A DNA stretch of 64,000 bases from Dehalococcoidia bacterium. GTDB taxonomy: Bacteria; Chloroflexota; Dehalococcoidia; Plut-88900. The stretch is taken from assembly GCA_965249275.1 (NCBI GenBank), contig CBDFLQ010000005.1, positions 32,001 through 96,000 on the forward strand, written 5' to 3'. Position numbers and translations under genes: made by a program. Numbering within the stretch: position 1 is the stretch's first letter; each line of letters opens with the position of its first letter. The notes beneath the pieces were generated by a model, which ran no database searches, had not been told where the DNA came from, and worked only from the letters and a program-made list of their open reading frames with translations. Of the stretch, positions 9,724 through 19,107 are shown in pieces.

Positions 9724-10728
9724 CTAGTTAGCTTGCATCACCCTTGCAAGTGGGAGATGTGTTGCAAGACGGAATCTTGCACCTTCCAAGAACTGGGGTT
9801 CAATGTCTATGCCCAGGCCGTGACGACCCCATGAGCCAGCTGCCAACAAGGTAGTGCCAGTCCCGCAAAAGGGGTCCAACACCGTGTCTCCAACGAACGA
9901 AAACATGCGTACAAGGCGTTCCGCCAGTTCGAGTGGGAAGGGAGCCGGATGGTACTTCAGAGACTCGCCGCGTATATTCCAGATAGACTGGAACCATTGG
10001 TGATGGCGATGCTCAGGTATAATAGATAGCACTCTTTGGGCATTCGTGGGCGAACGATAAGCTCGGGCCCCCTTCTGCCCCGGTTTCCGCTGTTGCAAGA
10101 TGAATTCGATATCGTTCTTGATTATCGCATTGGGTTCGTACGGCTTGCCTAAAAATCCGCCACGGCCTTCTGATTCATAAGACGCGTTAGCCGTCTTGTG
10201 CCATATTATCGGTGTCAGGTTGTCAAACCCCATCTTTCGACAGCTCTCCTGTATGCTTGCATGTAGCGGCATGGTTACGTGGCGACCGTAGACTCTCCGC
10301 TTTAGACTGACGTCTCCCACCACTATCACGAGACGACCCCCGTCAACTAACACACGGTGGCTTTCTATCCATACTTGGGATAGATTTTCTACAAATTCAT
10401 CGTAATCATCTACGTGGCCTAGCTGTCCCTCCCGTATTGGATATTTTTTTAGGATCCAATAGGGTGGGGAGGTAACTATCAGATGGACGCTCGCATCCGG
10501 TACAGTCGACAATAATCCTCTCGCGTCTCCGAGTAGCAAGGACTGTGTAGTTGGAATGCGACGCACGTGGTCTTCTATTTCATCTGACAACTCTTTTGAT
10601 TTGGCAATACGGGGGAAAAACGTTTGCGTGGAAGTAACGTTACAAAGTGAAGCCGGGAGGAAGTCGTTCAAGGTTTCCACCCAATTCGGGTCGGCTGTTA
10701 CGACAGTTTGAGGCACCCGGTATTCCAC
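9724..10728 (-). CDS. Site-specific DNA methyltransferase (beta class), partner of the XhoI-family REase
   Basis: TSPPYW, HPAPFP, DPFCGTGTT. Confidence 0.92.
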   Translation of the reverse strand: MEYRVPQTVVTADPNWVETLNDFLPASLCNVTSTQTFFPRIAKSKELSDEIEDHVRRIPTTQSLLLGDARGLLSTVPDASVHLIVTSPPYWILKKYPIREGQLGHVDDYDEFVENLSQVWIESHRVLVDGGRLVIVVGDVSLKRRVYGRHVTMPLHASIQESCRKMGFDNLTPIIWHKTANASYESEGRGGFLGKPYEPNAIIKNDIEFILQQRKPGQKGARAYRSPTNAQRVLSIIPEHRHHQWFQSIWNIRGESLKYHPAPFPLELAERLVRMFSFVGDTVLDPFCGTGTTLLAAGSWGRHGLGIDIEPQFLEGARFRLATHLPLARVMQAN

Positions 10729-10734
10729 TCTACT

Positions 10735-12345
10735 TCAACCCCTCCCCACCCCCACCGCCTCCTCAAATGCCTCTTTGAAATGCGCCAGACCCGACCGCAC
10801 GGGGCCCGGGGCCATCTGCCCGAGACCGCACAGTGACCCGAAGCCTACCACGTCGTTCAGATAGGCCAGCTTCTCCAGCCCCGACCTCCCCTCCTCGCCC
10901 CGTTGCACTGCACCCAGCACGTCCAGCATCCGCTTTGTCCCCTCGCGGCAGGGTGTACACTTGGAGCACGACTCCGCAGCATTGTAAGCCGTCAGCCGCC
11001 TCACTACCTCCACCGGCGACACACTGGTGTCCAGCACCGTTATCCCCCCCGACCCCAGGACCGCACCCTCGGGGTCCAGCATGCCGGGGCCGATGGGCAC
11101 GTCCAGCATCGACTCATTGAGCAGCCCGCCCGAAGGACCTCCCGCCACCACGCCGATGACTTCGCAGCCATCCGGCGGCCCACCCCCGATGTCGAACACG
11201 ATCTCCCTGACGGTGGCGCCCATTGGCACTTCCACGAGTCCCGGCCTCCGCACCCGGCCGCTCAACGATATGAGTTTGGTCCCCGGCGAGGGCTCGGCGC
11301 CTACGTCGGAAAGCAGCATCGGGAGGTTGCATAGGGTCTCGACGTTGTTTATCACCGTCGGCTTGCCCCAAAGCCCCGACTCCACCGGGAACGGCGGCCT
11401 TGTCCGGGGCACGTTTCGCTGACCCTCAATGCTGTTCATCAGCGCGCTCTCTTCACCGAGTATGTATCCCCCGCCACCCCGCCGCACCTCGATGTCCAGG
11501 TTGAAGTCGCTGCCCAGTACGCCATCTCCGGCCAAGCCCATGTTTCGGGCCTTCTCCAAAGCGTTCTCGATCCGCCCCGCAGCCGCATTGGCCTCGCCGT
11601 TGACGTAAAGGTAAGTCTTTTCCGCACCTATCGCGTAGGCAGCTATTGCCAGCCCTTCCAAGAGCAGGAACGGAGAGCCTTCCATCACGTGCCGGTCTTT
11701 GTATATGCCCGGCTCACCCTCCTCGGCGTTGACTATCAGGTACCGGGGCCCGGGCCCTGCCGCCCGCGCTCCCTGCCACTTGCGCCCTGCCGGGAAATAA
11801 GCGCCACCCCTGCCACGAAGATCGGCCCTCACGACCTCTTCGACGACCTGCTCGGGGCTCATGGAGTGAAGGACTTCGTTAAGGGTAGCGTAGCCGCCTC
11901 GGGCCACATAATCATCGATGTTGCCGGGCTCTATCGCCCCGACATGCTCTATTACCCGCCGCTCCTGACCCTTCCAGAAACCGGGCAGGTCATCGGTTGG
12001 AGGCCACAGGACGGGTTTTCCCTTCCAAGTCGAAGAGGCGTCGGCCTGGCCCGCCAGCCAGAAGCTAAGGATTGAGTTCACGTCCGCGGGGCCGACGTTG
12101 GTCAGCCGATAGGTGAGCCCCTCAGCCATCTCCACGATGACCACCGGGGCCTCGTGGCACGCGCCGTCGCACCCCGCCCCGCGCACGGGGGTCATCAACC
12201 CCTGCTTGGCGACCGTGGCCTGCAGCAGGGACAGCACCGCCCCCGCCCCGACCGTGCGCGTACAGCCGCCCAGCTGGACCAGGGCCCTGGGAAAGCGGGT
12301 CCTCGCCTCACGGTCGGCGTTCAATTTGAGTTTCGAGTAGCTCAT
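10735..12345 (-). CDS. NuoF/FdsB-like NADH:flavin subunit with N-terminal thioredoxin-like [2Fe-2S] domain
   Basis: LRGRGGAYFP, NAEEGEPG, YILGEESAL, NNVETL, ESCSKCTPCREG, SLCGLG. Confidence 0.92.
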   Translation of the reverse strand: MSYSKLKLNADREARTRFPRALVQLGGCTRTVGAGAVLSLLQATVAKQGLMTPVRGAGCDGACHEAPVVIVEMAEGLTYRLTNVGPADVNSILSFWLAGQADASSTWKGKPVLWPPTDDLPGFWKGQERRVIEHVGAIEPGNIDDYVARGGYATLNEVLHSMSPEQVVEEVVRADLRGRGGAYFPAGRKWQGARAAGPGPRYLIVNAEEGEPGIYKDRHVMEGSPFLLLEGLAIAAYAIGAEKTYLYVNGEANAAAGRIENALEKARNMGLAGDGVLGSDFNLDIEVRRGGGGYILGEESALMNSIEGQRNVPRTRPPFPVESGLWGKPTVINNVETLCNLPMLLSDVGAEPSPGTKLISLSGRVRRPGLVEVPMGATVREIVFDIGGGPPDGCEVIGVVAGGPSGGLLNESMLDVPIGPGMLDPEGAVLGSGGITVLDTSVSPVEVVRRLTAYNAAESCSKCTPCREGTKRMLDVLGAVQRGEEGRSGLEKLAYLNDVVGFGSLCGLGQMAPGPVRSGLAHFKEAFEEAVGVGRG

Positions 12346-12815
12346 CGTTGCAATGGGATGTTACGAGGCACGGACTGGAGGCGAGTTACCGCGTCCTCGG
12401 GGGTCAGCTTGCCGAAAGTCCCGCCTTCCAGCTCCATTGTCGGAGCCATGGCACATACGAAGAGGCAGGGCGCCTCCTCCAAGGTCAGCGCACCGTCGTC
12501 GGTCGTCTCCCCGACCCCGATACCAAGCTCACCACTGACCGCATCCAGGACTCGGGTGCCGCCCTGCAGGTAGCAGGCCAGGCCCGTGCAGACTCTCAAC
12601 ACGAAACGTCCCGGCTCCTTGAGCCGTAGCTCCGGGAAGGATGATGCTACGCCATGCACCTCGCTCTTGGGTACCCTAAGGTAGGCCCCGATCTCCTCCA
12701 TGGCCCACGCGGGTATCCAGTGCAGCCCTTCCTGGACGGCGCGCAAAGCCGGCAGCAGGTAGGTCCTGTGTCGCGGAAAGCGGCCGAGTATCTCTTTTGT
12801 CTCTTCCCTGTCCAA
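12342..12815 (-). CDS. NuoE/FdsG-like [2Fe-2S] subunit
   Basis: VCTGLAC...CLFVCAMAP; ATGA overlap with the NuoF-like gene. Confidence 0.9.
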   Translation of the reverse strand: MDREETKEILGRFPRHRTYLLPALRAVQEGLHWIPAWAMEEIGAYLRVPKSEVHGVASSFPELRLKEPGRFVLRVCTGLACYLQGGTRVLDAVSGELGIGVGETTDDGALTLEEAPCLFVCAMAPTMELEGGTFGKLTPEDAVTRLQSVPRNIPLQR

Positions 12816-12843
12816 AGCCCCTCCCAGCAGGGAATGGGGCTGA

Positions 12844-14634
12844 TTATACAGGTGTTTCGTTGGGGATGTTCAGGCCGAGCCCACACAGCGATTCTCGAGA
12901 GGGCACACCCACCCCACCCCACCCCCGAGCCCCGTAGTAGCCCACAACCGTCTCTGCGAGACCGGACTCAGTCACCGCTCCGCCCTCGAAAACGCGGAGT
13001 GGAAGGGTGTCGTCGTCCCGCTTCCAGCCCTCTCGAACGTTGAACGCCTTGCGGACCAGGTTTATACGCTCCCCCGCTTTCCTCAAGCCTTCGGCGCCGA
13101 TGTCGTGGCCCGTGGCCAGGTGGTAGACGTGCGCCGCCTCGGGGTAGAAGTCGTTGAGAACCCGACGCACGAACTTTGACAGGACCAGGGAGTCGAGCAC
13201 TGCGGCGAAGTCTTCGGCCTCAGCGACCGCTCGCCCGATCTCCGAGGCATCCGCCCGTTGCGCGGCATCATCACTCAGGTCGAAATCATAGGCCGACGCC
13301 TTGTTGTGGCACGCGCCCCGGGGGCTGACTGCGAGGGCTAGGGCCAAGTGTCTCAGCCGGCCTGGGTGATAACCCGGCATCTCCAGCCCCTTGACGTGCA
13401 TGGCCCATGCCTCGGAGCCGCCGCCTGTGCGAGACGCGGCTGCTCGGCTGCCCTCCGACAAAAGCTCCCCGACACCCTCCTTCCGGCCTATCTGTTCGAT
13501 AACAGCGAGTAGCTCTGGCCCGCTCCCGAAGCGCAGGTCCAGGCCGTTGGTGTCGGCGGCAGTGAGGACGCGCTGTTCGAAGGACTCCATTGCCCAAGCT
13601 ATCGTGCCGCCGGCGCTTATCGTGTCGATCCCCAGCCGGTCACACAGCCCAGCGGCTTGGATCACGACGTCGGGATCATCGATCCCGCACAGTGGCCCGA
13701 AGGCGAAAAGGCTCTCGTATTCCAGCCGAGATTTAGTCCTGCCTCCCTTCGCCGAGTAGACGTGCTCCCACTCCCGTGACATATCCGACCCCGACTCCCG
13801 GCTCCGTCTCTGTTCCAGATTCTCGACGCTCAGGGAATCAGCGCCTTCGAAAGTGTACTGCCGGAAGTTGTAGGCCGGGAGCGCGCCCGCTGCATTCAGC
13901 TTCGCCAGGTTGGCCACGGTGCCCGGGCCCCGGTACTTGGCCGTCGTCCCCGACTGCATGGCCCGATCCAGCTTTGCAATAAGCTCGGCGAGATCCGGGT
14001 TGGGTGGGGTTAAGGCCATGTTTCCTTTGAAAGCGACGGCCTTCAGGTTCTTCGCCCCCATCACCGCGCCTGCGCCCGTCCTACCCGCCTGCCGACCACC
14101 GTTGCTGATACAGGCAAACCTGACCAGAGCCTCGCCCGCCGGGCCTATGGCCGCGACCTTCGCATCGGACTCTCCGAGAAGCAAACTCACCTTCGCTGCC
14201 GTTTCCTCGGCAGACAGGCCAACAAGTGACACGGCATCCAGCACCCTAACCGAGTCATCCTCGATATGCAGGAGACCGGGCCCCGACGCCCTGCCCTTGA
14301 TCACCAGGGCGTCGAATGGCATCCGGGACAGCTCCTCCGCCACCGGCCCCGAGGACAGGGAATCGCCTACAAACCCCGTGAGAGGTGATTTGCACGCCAC
14401 CGCCATCTTCGAAGACCCCGGCACCCCCGCCCCGAGAAACGGGCCTCGGGTGAAGATGAGAGGGTTCTGAGGGGAGAGGGGGTCGACGCCCGGCGGGCAG
14501 TGCTTGAAGAGCAGCCAAGCCCCCAGCCCCGCCCCACCTATAAAGGAGACCTGCTCCTCTGCCGAAAGCGGCTCGAACCTCGACTTACCGCTGGCGAGGT
14601 CGATTACGAAAATTCGGCCATGATAGGCATGCAT
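12844..14634 (-). CDS. Aldehyde:ferredoxin oxidoreductase (tungstopterin) family protein, atypical
   Basis: KSPLTG, IGPAGE, GRTGAGAVMGAKNLKAV, EYES, CDRLGIDTIS, HVKGLEMPGYHP, RGACH; FeS cysteines absent. Confidence 0.88.
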   Translation of the reverse strand: MHAYHGRIFVIDLASGKSRFEPLSAEEQVSFIGGAGLGAWLLFKHCPPGVDPLSPQNPLIFTRGPFLGAGVPGSSKMAVACKSPLTGFVGDSLSSGPVAEELSRMPFDALVIKGRASGPGLLHIEDDSVRVLDAVSLVGLSAEETAAKVSLLLGESDAKVAAIGPAGEALVRFACISNGGRQAGRTGAGAVMGAKNLKAVAFKGNMALTPPNPDLAELIAKLDRAMQSGTTAKYRGPGTVANLAKLNAAGALPAYNFRQYTFEGADSLSVENLEQRRSRESGSDMSREWEHVYSAKGGRTKSRLEYESLFAFGPLCGIDDPDVVIQAAGLCDRLGIDTISAGGTIAWAMESFEQRVLTAADTNGLDLRFGSGPELLAVIEQIGRKEGVGELLSEGSRAAASRTGGGSEAWAMHVKGLEMPGYHPGRLRHLALALAVSPRGACHNKASAYDFDLSDDAAQRADASEIGRAVAEAEDFAAVLDSLVLSKFVRRVLNDFYPEAAHVYHLATGHDIGAEGLRKAGERINLVRKAFNVREGWKRDDDTLPLRVFEGGAVTESGLAETVVGYYGARGWGGVGVPSRESLCGLGLNIPNETPV

Positions 14635-14683
14635 TCAGGTTACTCTCGCGTGCCGGGCCCCGACGAATCTAGTCGTCGTCTGG

Positions 14684-15346
14684 CTAGGCTTGCGCCTCGA
14701 GGGCCAGGGCCTTGTCAAGGTCTTCCTGGGTGTTGACGTTGAAGAAGCTCAGGTGGTGCGGGTCTATGAGATCGACGTCATCTTCTTCTACGAAGGCGAC
14801 CCTGACCTCTTCGAAGAAAAGGGCGATTTTCAGGTCATTGCGCTTCAGCCGCTGCTCGATTGGCTCAAGGCAGCTCTTCGAATATATGGCGTGGAGGGGC
14901 TCGGGCCTGCCGTTAAGCCTCGGGACCACGACATCATAGTCGGGGGCGATGTCCAGCATGAAACCCAGCAGTTCAGTGTTCAGGAATGGCATGTCGCAGG
15001 CAACCACGATTCCGTAGTCACCCTTTGCCGCCGAGAGGCCGGTGAATATGCCGCCGAGGGACCCGCTTCCCGGGTAGATGTCGGCGGCGGTCCTGACCCA
15101 GGGTGGGAGGTCCAGGGCCTCGGCCCTCGACTCCTCGGCGACGACCACAATCGTCTCTGAGCTTACCTGGGAGAGCCTGCCGACCACCCGCTCGATCAGC
15201 GATTCCCCGCCGATCTTCTCGACGGCCTTGTTCCTCCCGAGCCGCCTGCTCATTCCCCCCGCCAACGCCACGCCGCTAACCTTGTCAGTCCGCCTTCCAT
15301 TTAGCATAACGAGGTCATTATAGCGACGGGGAGGGTGTCGAGACAA
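14684..15346 (-). CDS. mobA: Molybdenum cofactor guanylyltransferase
   Basis: LAGGMSRRLGRNKA, VACDMPF, EPLHAIY, FNVNTQEDL; true start probably near 15307. Confidence 0.92.
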   Translation of the reverse strand: MSRHPPRRYNDLVMLNGRRTDKVSGVALAGGMSRRLGRNKAVEKIGGESLIERVVGRLSQVSSETIVVVAEESRAEALDLPPWVRTAADIYPGSGSLGGIFTGLSAAKGDYGIVVACDMPFLNTELLGFMLDIAPDYDVVVPRLNGRPEPLHAIYSKSCLEPIEQRLKRNDLKIALFFEEVRVAFVEEDDVDLIDPHHLSFFNVNTQEDLDKALALEAQA

Positions 15347-15399
15347 AGAAGGGCTGAGCGGGGAGCAGAGCTATCACTTAGCTGCTGAGTACACCCACT

Positions 15400-16074
15400 T
15401 TAAACCTGGTTGTCCTCAAGCTTCTCTCTGAGGGGGTTGGCAGAGCTAAACGGATATAGTGAGTCTATAGTATCCAGTTCGTCCAGCATTTGCTTGAATA
15501 CACGCCTAATTATAGGGCTGCACATTTGCAGATTTTCTATAAGCTCAATAACCTTATCATCAACGCGGTGAGTTTTCGCAACTTTCCTGAATTTTGGCTT
15601 CCATGTCACCTCAAGCAGATTACGCAAGTTTTCTTCCGACTTGGCCACTATTTCAACTACATCTACACCGCGCTCTTTCAACTTCTCTATCTTTTGCCGT
15701 TTCGCTGCGTTGGGAGGATGGGAAACGATAACCTCAATGACGCGAATGGGCCTAGGAGAGTCTTCTCCGTATAAAGCTATGTCAGGAATAATACCCCCAA
15801 TGATGTCCCATTCAGGGTCGGGAATCCTAACACTCGTTACTCCTTCTCGCAAGTCGTGGGAAAGATTGCTGCCAGGCGTCAATCTCACTTTGAGCGACTT
15901 GTCATAGGTGAAGCTATTGTTACCTCCGGGCGGGAAAACTCGGTCATGAGTCAGCTCATCATAGAGAACCGCCACAGTTCGCTCGTGCAACCAACTCACG
16001 GGATGTTCGGGTGTGCCCACATTTCGCATAGGATCGGCTTTGGATATCATACCCAAGACTCCTGATGTTTTCAT
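15400..16074 (-). CDS. Hypothetical protein with possible PD-(D/E)xK-like motif
   Basis: IPDIALY...VIEVIVSHPP...K; more AT-rich than flanks. Confidence 0.5.
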   Translation of the reverse strand: MKTSGVLGMISKADPMRNVGTPEHPVSWLHERTVAVLYDELTHDRVFPPGGNNSFTYDKSLKVRLTPGSNLSHDLREGVTSVRIPDPEWDIIGGIIPDIALYGEDSPRPIRVIEVIVSHPPNAAKRQKIEKLKERGVDVVEIVAKSEENLRNLLEVTWKPKFRKVAKTHRVDDKVIELIENLQMCSPIIRRVFKQMLDELDTIDSLYPFSSANPLREKLEDNQV

Positions 16075-16155
16075 TCATACCTAATAAGTTCGAGGGTTGT
16101 TCAACATGATAGCAACTTAATCGATGATAGTTCACTATGCCTCGAGATTTGAGGC

Positions 16156-16998
16156 CTATTCCCCCACCCCCATCACCTCCCCGAGCCCCGCGCCCAACAC
16201 TTCCTCCACCGCCAGCCCCTCCCGAGGCTTGAATCGCAACTCTCTACCCTCCCACGTAAGCACGTAATCGCTTCCACCACCTGCGTCCAACCGCCCATTG
16301 CCTGAGGTTGCGCCGGTTATGGCCTGGAGAGCGTCGTTGATGCAGCCATCTGGGCCCCAGGCGACCCTCAGTGCAGGCTCTTTCTTGGCGATGCCCCAGT
16401 GGTGAATCGCATGGTCGACCATCCTCGCCCCGAGGGCCGCACCCACGCACCTCACCCCGTGAAAGTTGACCGCCTCGAAAAGCATGTCCCGCAGGAACGA
16501 CGCCCGGTTCCTCTCCCCAGGATGCTCCGTGTCCCTCGAAGTCCTCGCCGAGAATATCGAGTTCCAGCCCGGCGAGTAGCGCTTGATGTCGACTATCGGC
16601 GTGCCGTCTATCATGTCCAGCCGGTCAAGCCGCACGACCCGGCCCTCGACGCCCAACACCCGGGCTGAGGTGAGCCCTATCGGGTTCGGCCTACCCGGCG
16701 CCCTCAACCCGAACACGCCTCTCCCCCGGCCCCCGTGTCTCGAAAGGGTCAGGCTAGACCTGTCCGCCTTGTGGAACCACCCCAGTATCAGCAGATGGGT
16801 GTTCGACTCTATGCCCGCCAGCCCCGCCTCGTATTCGGGGAAAACCTCAATGGACGCGGGCACGCCGTCGATGGGCATTTCATCCCCCTCCCCAACGGAC
16901 AGGACCACCCTCCCGATTGGAATGACACTGTACGGTCCGGCGGTCTCGCTGTTCATGTTCCTACTGCCCCTTCCAGTAAATCCGGTAGATAGTGCCAC
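16156..16998 (-). CDS. TrmO/TsaA-like SAM-binding domain fused to an FmdE-like domain
   Basis: GVFGLRAPGRPNPIGL, DGTPIVDIKRY (TsaA); FHGVRCVG...GCINDALQAITGAT (FmdE-like); start possibly ATG 16956. Confidence 0.8.
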   Translation of the reverse strand: MALSTGFTGRGSRNMNSETAGPYSVIPIGRVVLSVGEGDEMPIDGVPASIEVFPEYEAGLAGIESNTHLLILGWFHKADRSSLTLSRHGGRGRGVFGLRAPGRPNPIGLTSARVLGVEGRVVRLDRLDMIDGTPIVDIKRYSPGWNSIFSARTSRDTEHPGERNRASFLRDMLFEAVNFHGVRCVGAALGARMVDHAIHHWGIAKKEPALRVAWGPDGCINDALQAITGATSGNGRLDAGGGSDYVLTWEGRELRFKPREGLAVEEVLGAGLGEVMGVGE

Positions 16999-18154
16999 TG
17001 CCGTAGTCCGCGACCAGCAGTGATCCGTCCGGGGCCTGCGCCACGTCCAGCGGCCTATCGATGCCTAACGCGAAGTCCGACACCTCCGCCCTGTAAGACT
17101 CCCCCTCCCTCTCAAGTTCCACCCGCACTATCTTCCGCCCGGTGTCCCGAAGGTGGGAGCCCCACTGGGCTATGAACAGGTCGTTGGCGTACTCCTCCGG
17201 GAACATCGAGCCCGTATAGAACACCAGCCCGTTCGCTGAGGAGCGCTGCTCCATCTCGGCTATCGGCGGGAGTGTGCCCTCGCAGTTCGACCCCTGCCCG
17301 TCGCCCCAGCAGTCGGGCCAGCCGTAGTTACCGCCGTCTACCAGCAGGTTCAGCTCTTCGGGGACATTCAGCTCCAGCTCGTCTCTGCCGTTGTCCGCCC
17401 CGAACAGCATCCCGTCCACGGGGTGGAAGGCGATGTCGTAGACGTTGCGCAGGCCGGTGGCGTAAACGCGCATGTCGGTCCCGTCGAGGTTGAATTGAAG
17501 TATCGACGCGCTCAATTCGCTCCGCTCCCGGCAGGCGTTGCACGTCGAGCCCAGGGTCAGGTACATCTTCCCGTCGGGCCCAAAGGCCAGGCCATTGTTC
17601 TGGTGTATCCCCGTCGGCAGCTCCGACACAATCGTCTCAACATCATCGGGCTGTCCGTCTCCGTCCGAGTCCCGCAGCGCAGTAACGGACCCTCTGCTCG
17701 ATACGTACAGCGTGTCTTCCCTGTGCGCCAGCCCCAGCGGTGCGGGAAACCCGCGCGCAAACAGTCCCACCGAGTCCGCCTCCCCGTCCGAGTCCGTATC
17801 CCTCAAAGCGGCAATCGCTCCGTCCTGCTGGCTCACGTACACGACCCCGTCATCCGACACGGCAATGCTGGTCGGGTTGGAAAGTCCGAGAAAGAACACG
17901 TTGGCCTCGAAACCGGGCGGCACCGCCAACCCCGCACCCCCCGCCACGAGGCCCATGTCCTCTTCCATCACTTCCTCCATAGTTGGAGTGGGCCCTGCAG
18001 GTTTCTCAGTAGGGGTTGGCGCAGCAGGTTTCTCAGTGGGGGTTGGAGTGGCAGTCGGGTCTGATGCCCCGCACCCCACCACCAGGACAGCAATAAGCAG
18101 CAGAACGAGAGCTACCGCTTGCAGAACTTTGAATGTTGGAAGTCTAGCTGCCAC
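16961..18154 (-). CDS. PQQ-dependent sugar/sorbosone dehydrogenase family beta-propeller lipoprotein
   Basis: Lipobox LVVGC, Pro/Thr linker, GSTCNAC, ATGLRN, DNGRD, NYGWP. Confidence 0.85.
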   Translation of the reverse strand: MAARLPTFKVLQAVALVLLLIAVLVVGCGASDPTATPTPTEKPAAPTPTEKPAGPTPTMEEVMEEDMGLVAGGAGLAVPPGFEANVFFLGLSNPTSIAVSDDGVVYVSQQDGAIAALRDTDSDGEADSVGLFARGFPAPLGLAHREDTLYVSSRGSVTALRDSDGDGQPDDVETIVSELPTGIHQNNGLAFGPDGKMYLTLGSTCNACRERSELSASILQFNLDGTDMRVYATGLRNVYDIAFHPVDGMLFGADNGRDELELNVPEELNLLVDGGNYGWPDCWGDGQGSNCEGTLPPIAEMEQRSSANGLVFYTGSMFPEEYANDLFIAQWGSHLRDTGRKIVRVELEREGESYRAEVSDFALGIDRPLDVAQAPDGSLLVADYGSGTIYRIYWKGQ

Positions 18155-18309
18155 AAATAACCTTCGGGTTGCGCATCCCCCAAGGTCATTCTACCAACTA
18201 TCCTGGGCGTCTATATGCGGGCATCGGTTGAAGTGTGCTCGAAGTGGAAGGCGCTCTCCAACACTCAAGGTCGCGTCGGGGCCCATACCGCACCGGCTTG
18301 TATTCGCAC

Positions 18310-18933
18310 CTACCAGCCGACGGGCTTCGTGAAGTCGCCCTGGGCGTCCGAGAGTGTGCCGGGGAAAAGGCTAGCACTCAAGGGACCTCGGCGCGGCCTC
18401 CTGTACCAGGAGGCCGCTTTGCATAGCTCGAAACTTGTCTTTTTGCTTGGATCAATGACCCCTATCTGCTTCCCCAACTTGGTTCGAGCCATCATGATGG
18501 GAAGCAGGAGGTCGGAGTCGTTGGAGATCACTACAGCCATTTCGTAGTCATTTTCGAAGCCGTCCAGCAACAGGTAGCTTGCGAGATTGACGTCGGAGCC
18601 CTTCTCCTCGGCGTTGAGTATCTCGACAGTGCTCGGGCCGGTTTGTGGATGCTGCGCCAAGGGTCTCCACTTGGTATTCACGAGGAAATGTCCGTAGTGA
18701 ATGCTCAGGTTCGGGACCGTCTGTAGGGCGCGAAGATACGTCTGCTGACGCTGCGGCTGCGTGGGGTCTCCAGGGCGGTTCACTACAAGGGCGGTGAAAT
18801 AACGTATCCGGCCCATGTCGTGCTGGGGTAGCAAAAGCGACGCCAGCTTTCCGACATCCAGCCAGCGATATGGCGTACCCCGCAGGGCACCACAGTAAAG
18901 ATTAAAGCCGTCAATATAGACGTTGGTACGGAT
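18310..18933 (-). CDS. NYN-domain (PIN-like) ribonuclease
   Basis: RTNVYIDGFNLY, EEKGSDVNLA, ISNDSDL; the expected Met position is ATC (18933); the ORF-track GTG start at 19002 lies inside a hairpin. Confidence 0.85.
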   Translation of the reverse strand: MRTNVYIDGFNLYCGALRGTPYRWLDVGKLASLLLPQHDMGRIRYFTALVVNRPGDPTQPQRQQTYLRALQTVPNLSIHYGHFLVNTKWRPLAQHPQTGPSTVEILNAEEKGSDVNLASYLLLDGFENDYEMAVVISNDSDLLLPIMMARTKLGKQIGVIDPSKKTSFELCKAASWYRRPRRGPLSASLFPGTLSDAQGDFTKPVGW

Positions 18934-18954
18934 AAGTGAATGTGCCCAAATAAA

Positions 18955-19015
18955 AGCTAAGGCTGCCTTTCGGCAGCCTTGCGCCCCGCCGCCGAAGCGC
19001 ACGAGGGGGGTACGA
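18955..19015 (-). ncRNA. Structured leader or putative small RNA upstream of the NYN gene
   Basis: Imperfect GC stem with UUCG-containing loop (18983-19010) then perfect 9-bp stem AAGGCUGCC-GAAA-GGCAGCCUU (18959-18980). Confidence 0.5.
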
Positions 19016-19020
19016 ACTGA

Positions 19021-19049
19021 ACTCTATAGTGAGCCTATATAAATGTCAA
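19021..19049 (-). promoter_or_regulatory. Sigma70-type promoter for the NYN leader
   Basis: TTGACA-17 bp-TAGAGT on minus strand. Confidence 0.7.
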
Positions 19050-19107
19050 CACTTTTCCCTACCTCGCCATGAGACCCTTGCATAACTGAGTGACACACAG
19101 TTTCCCT

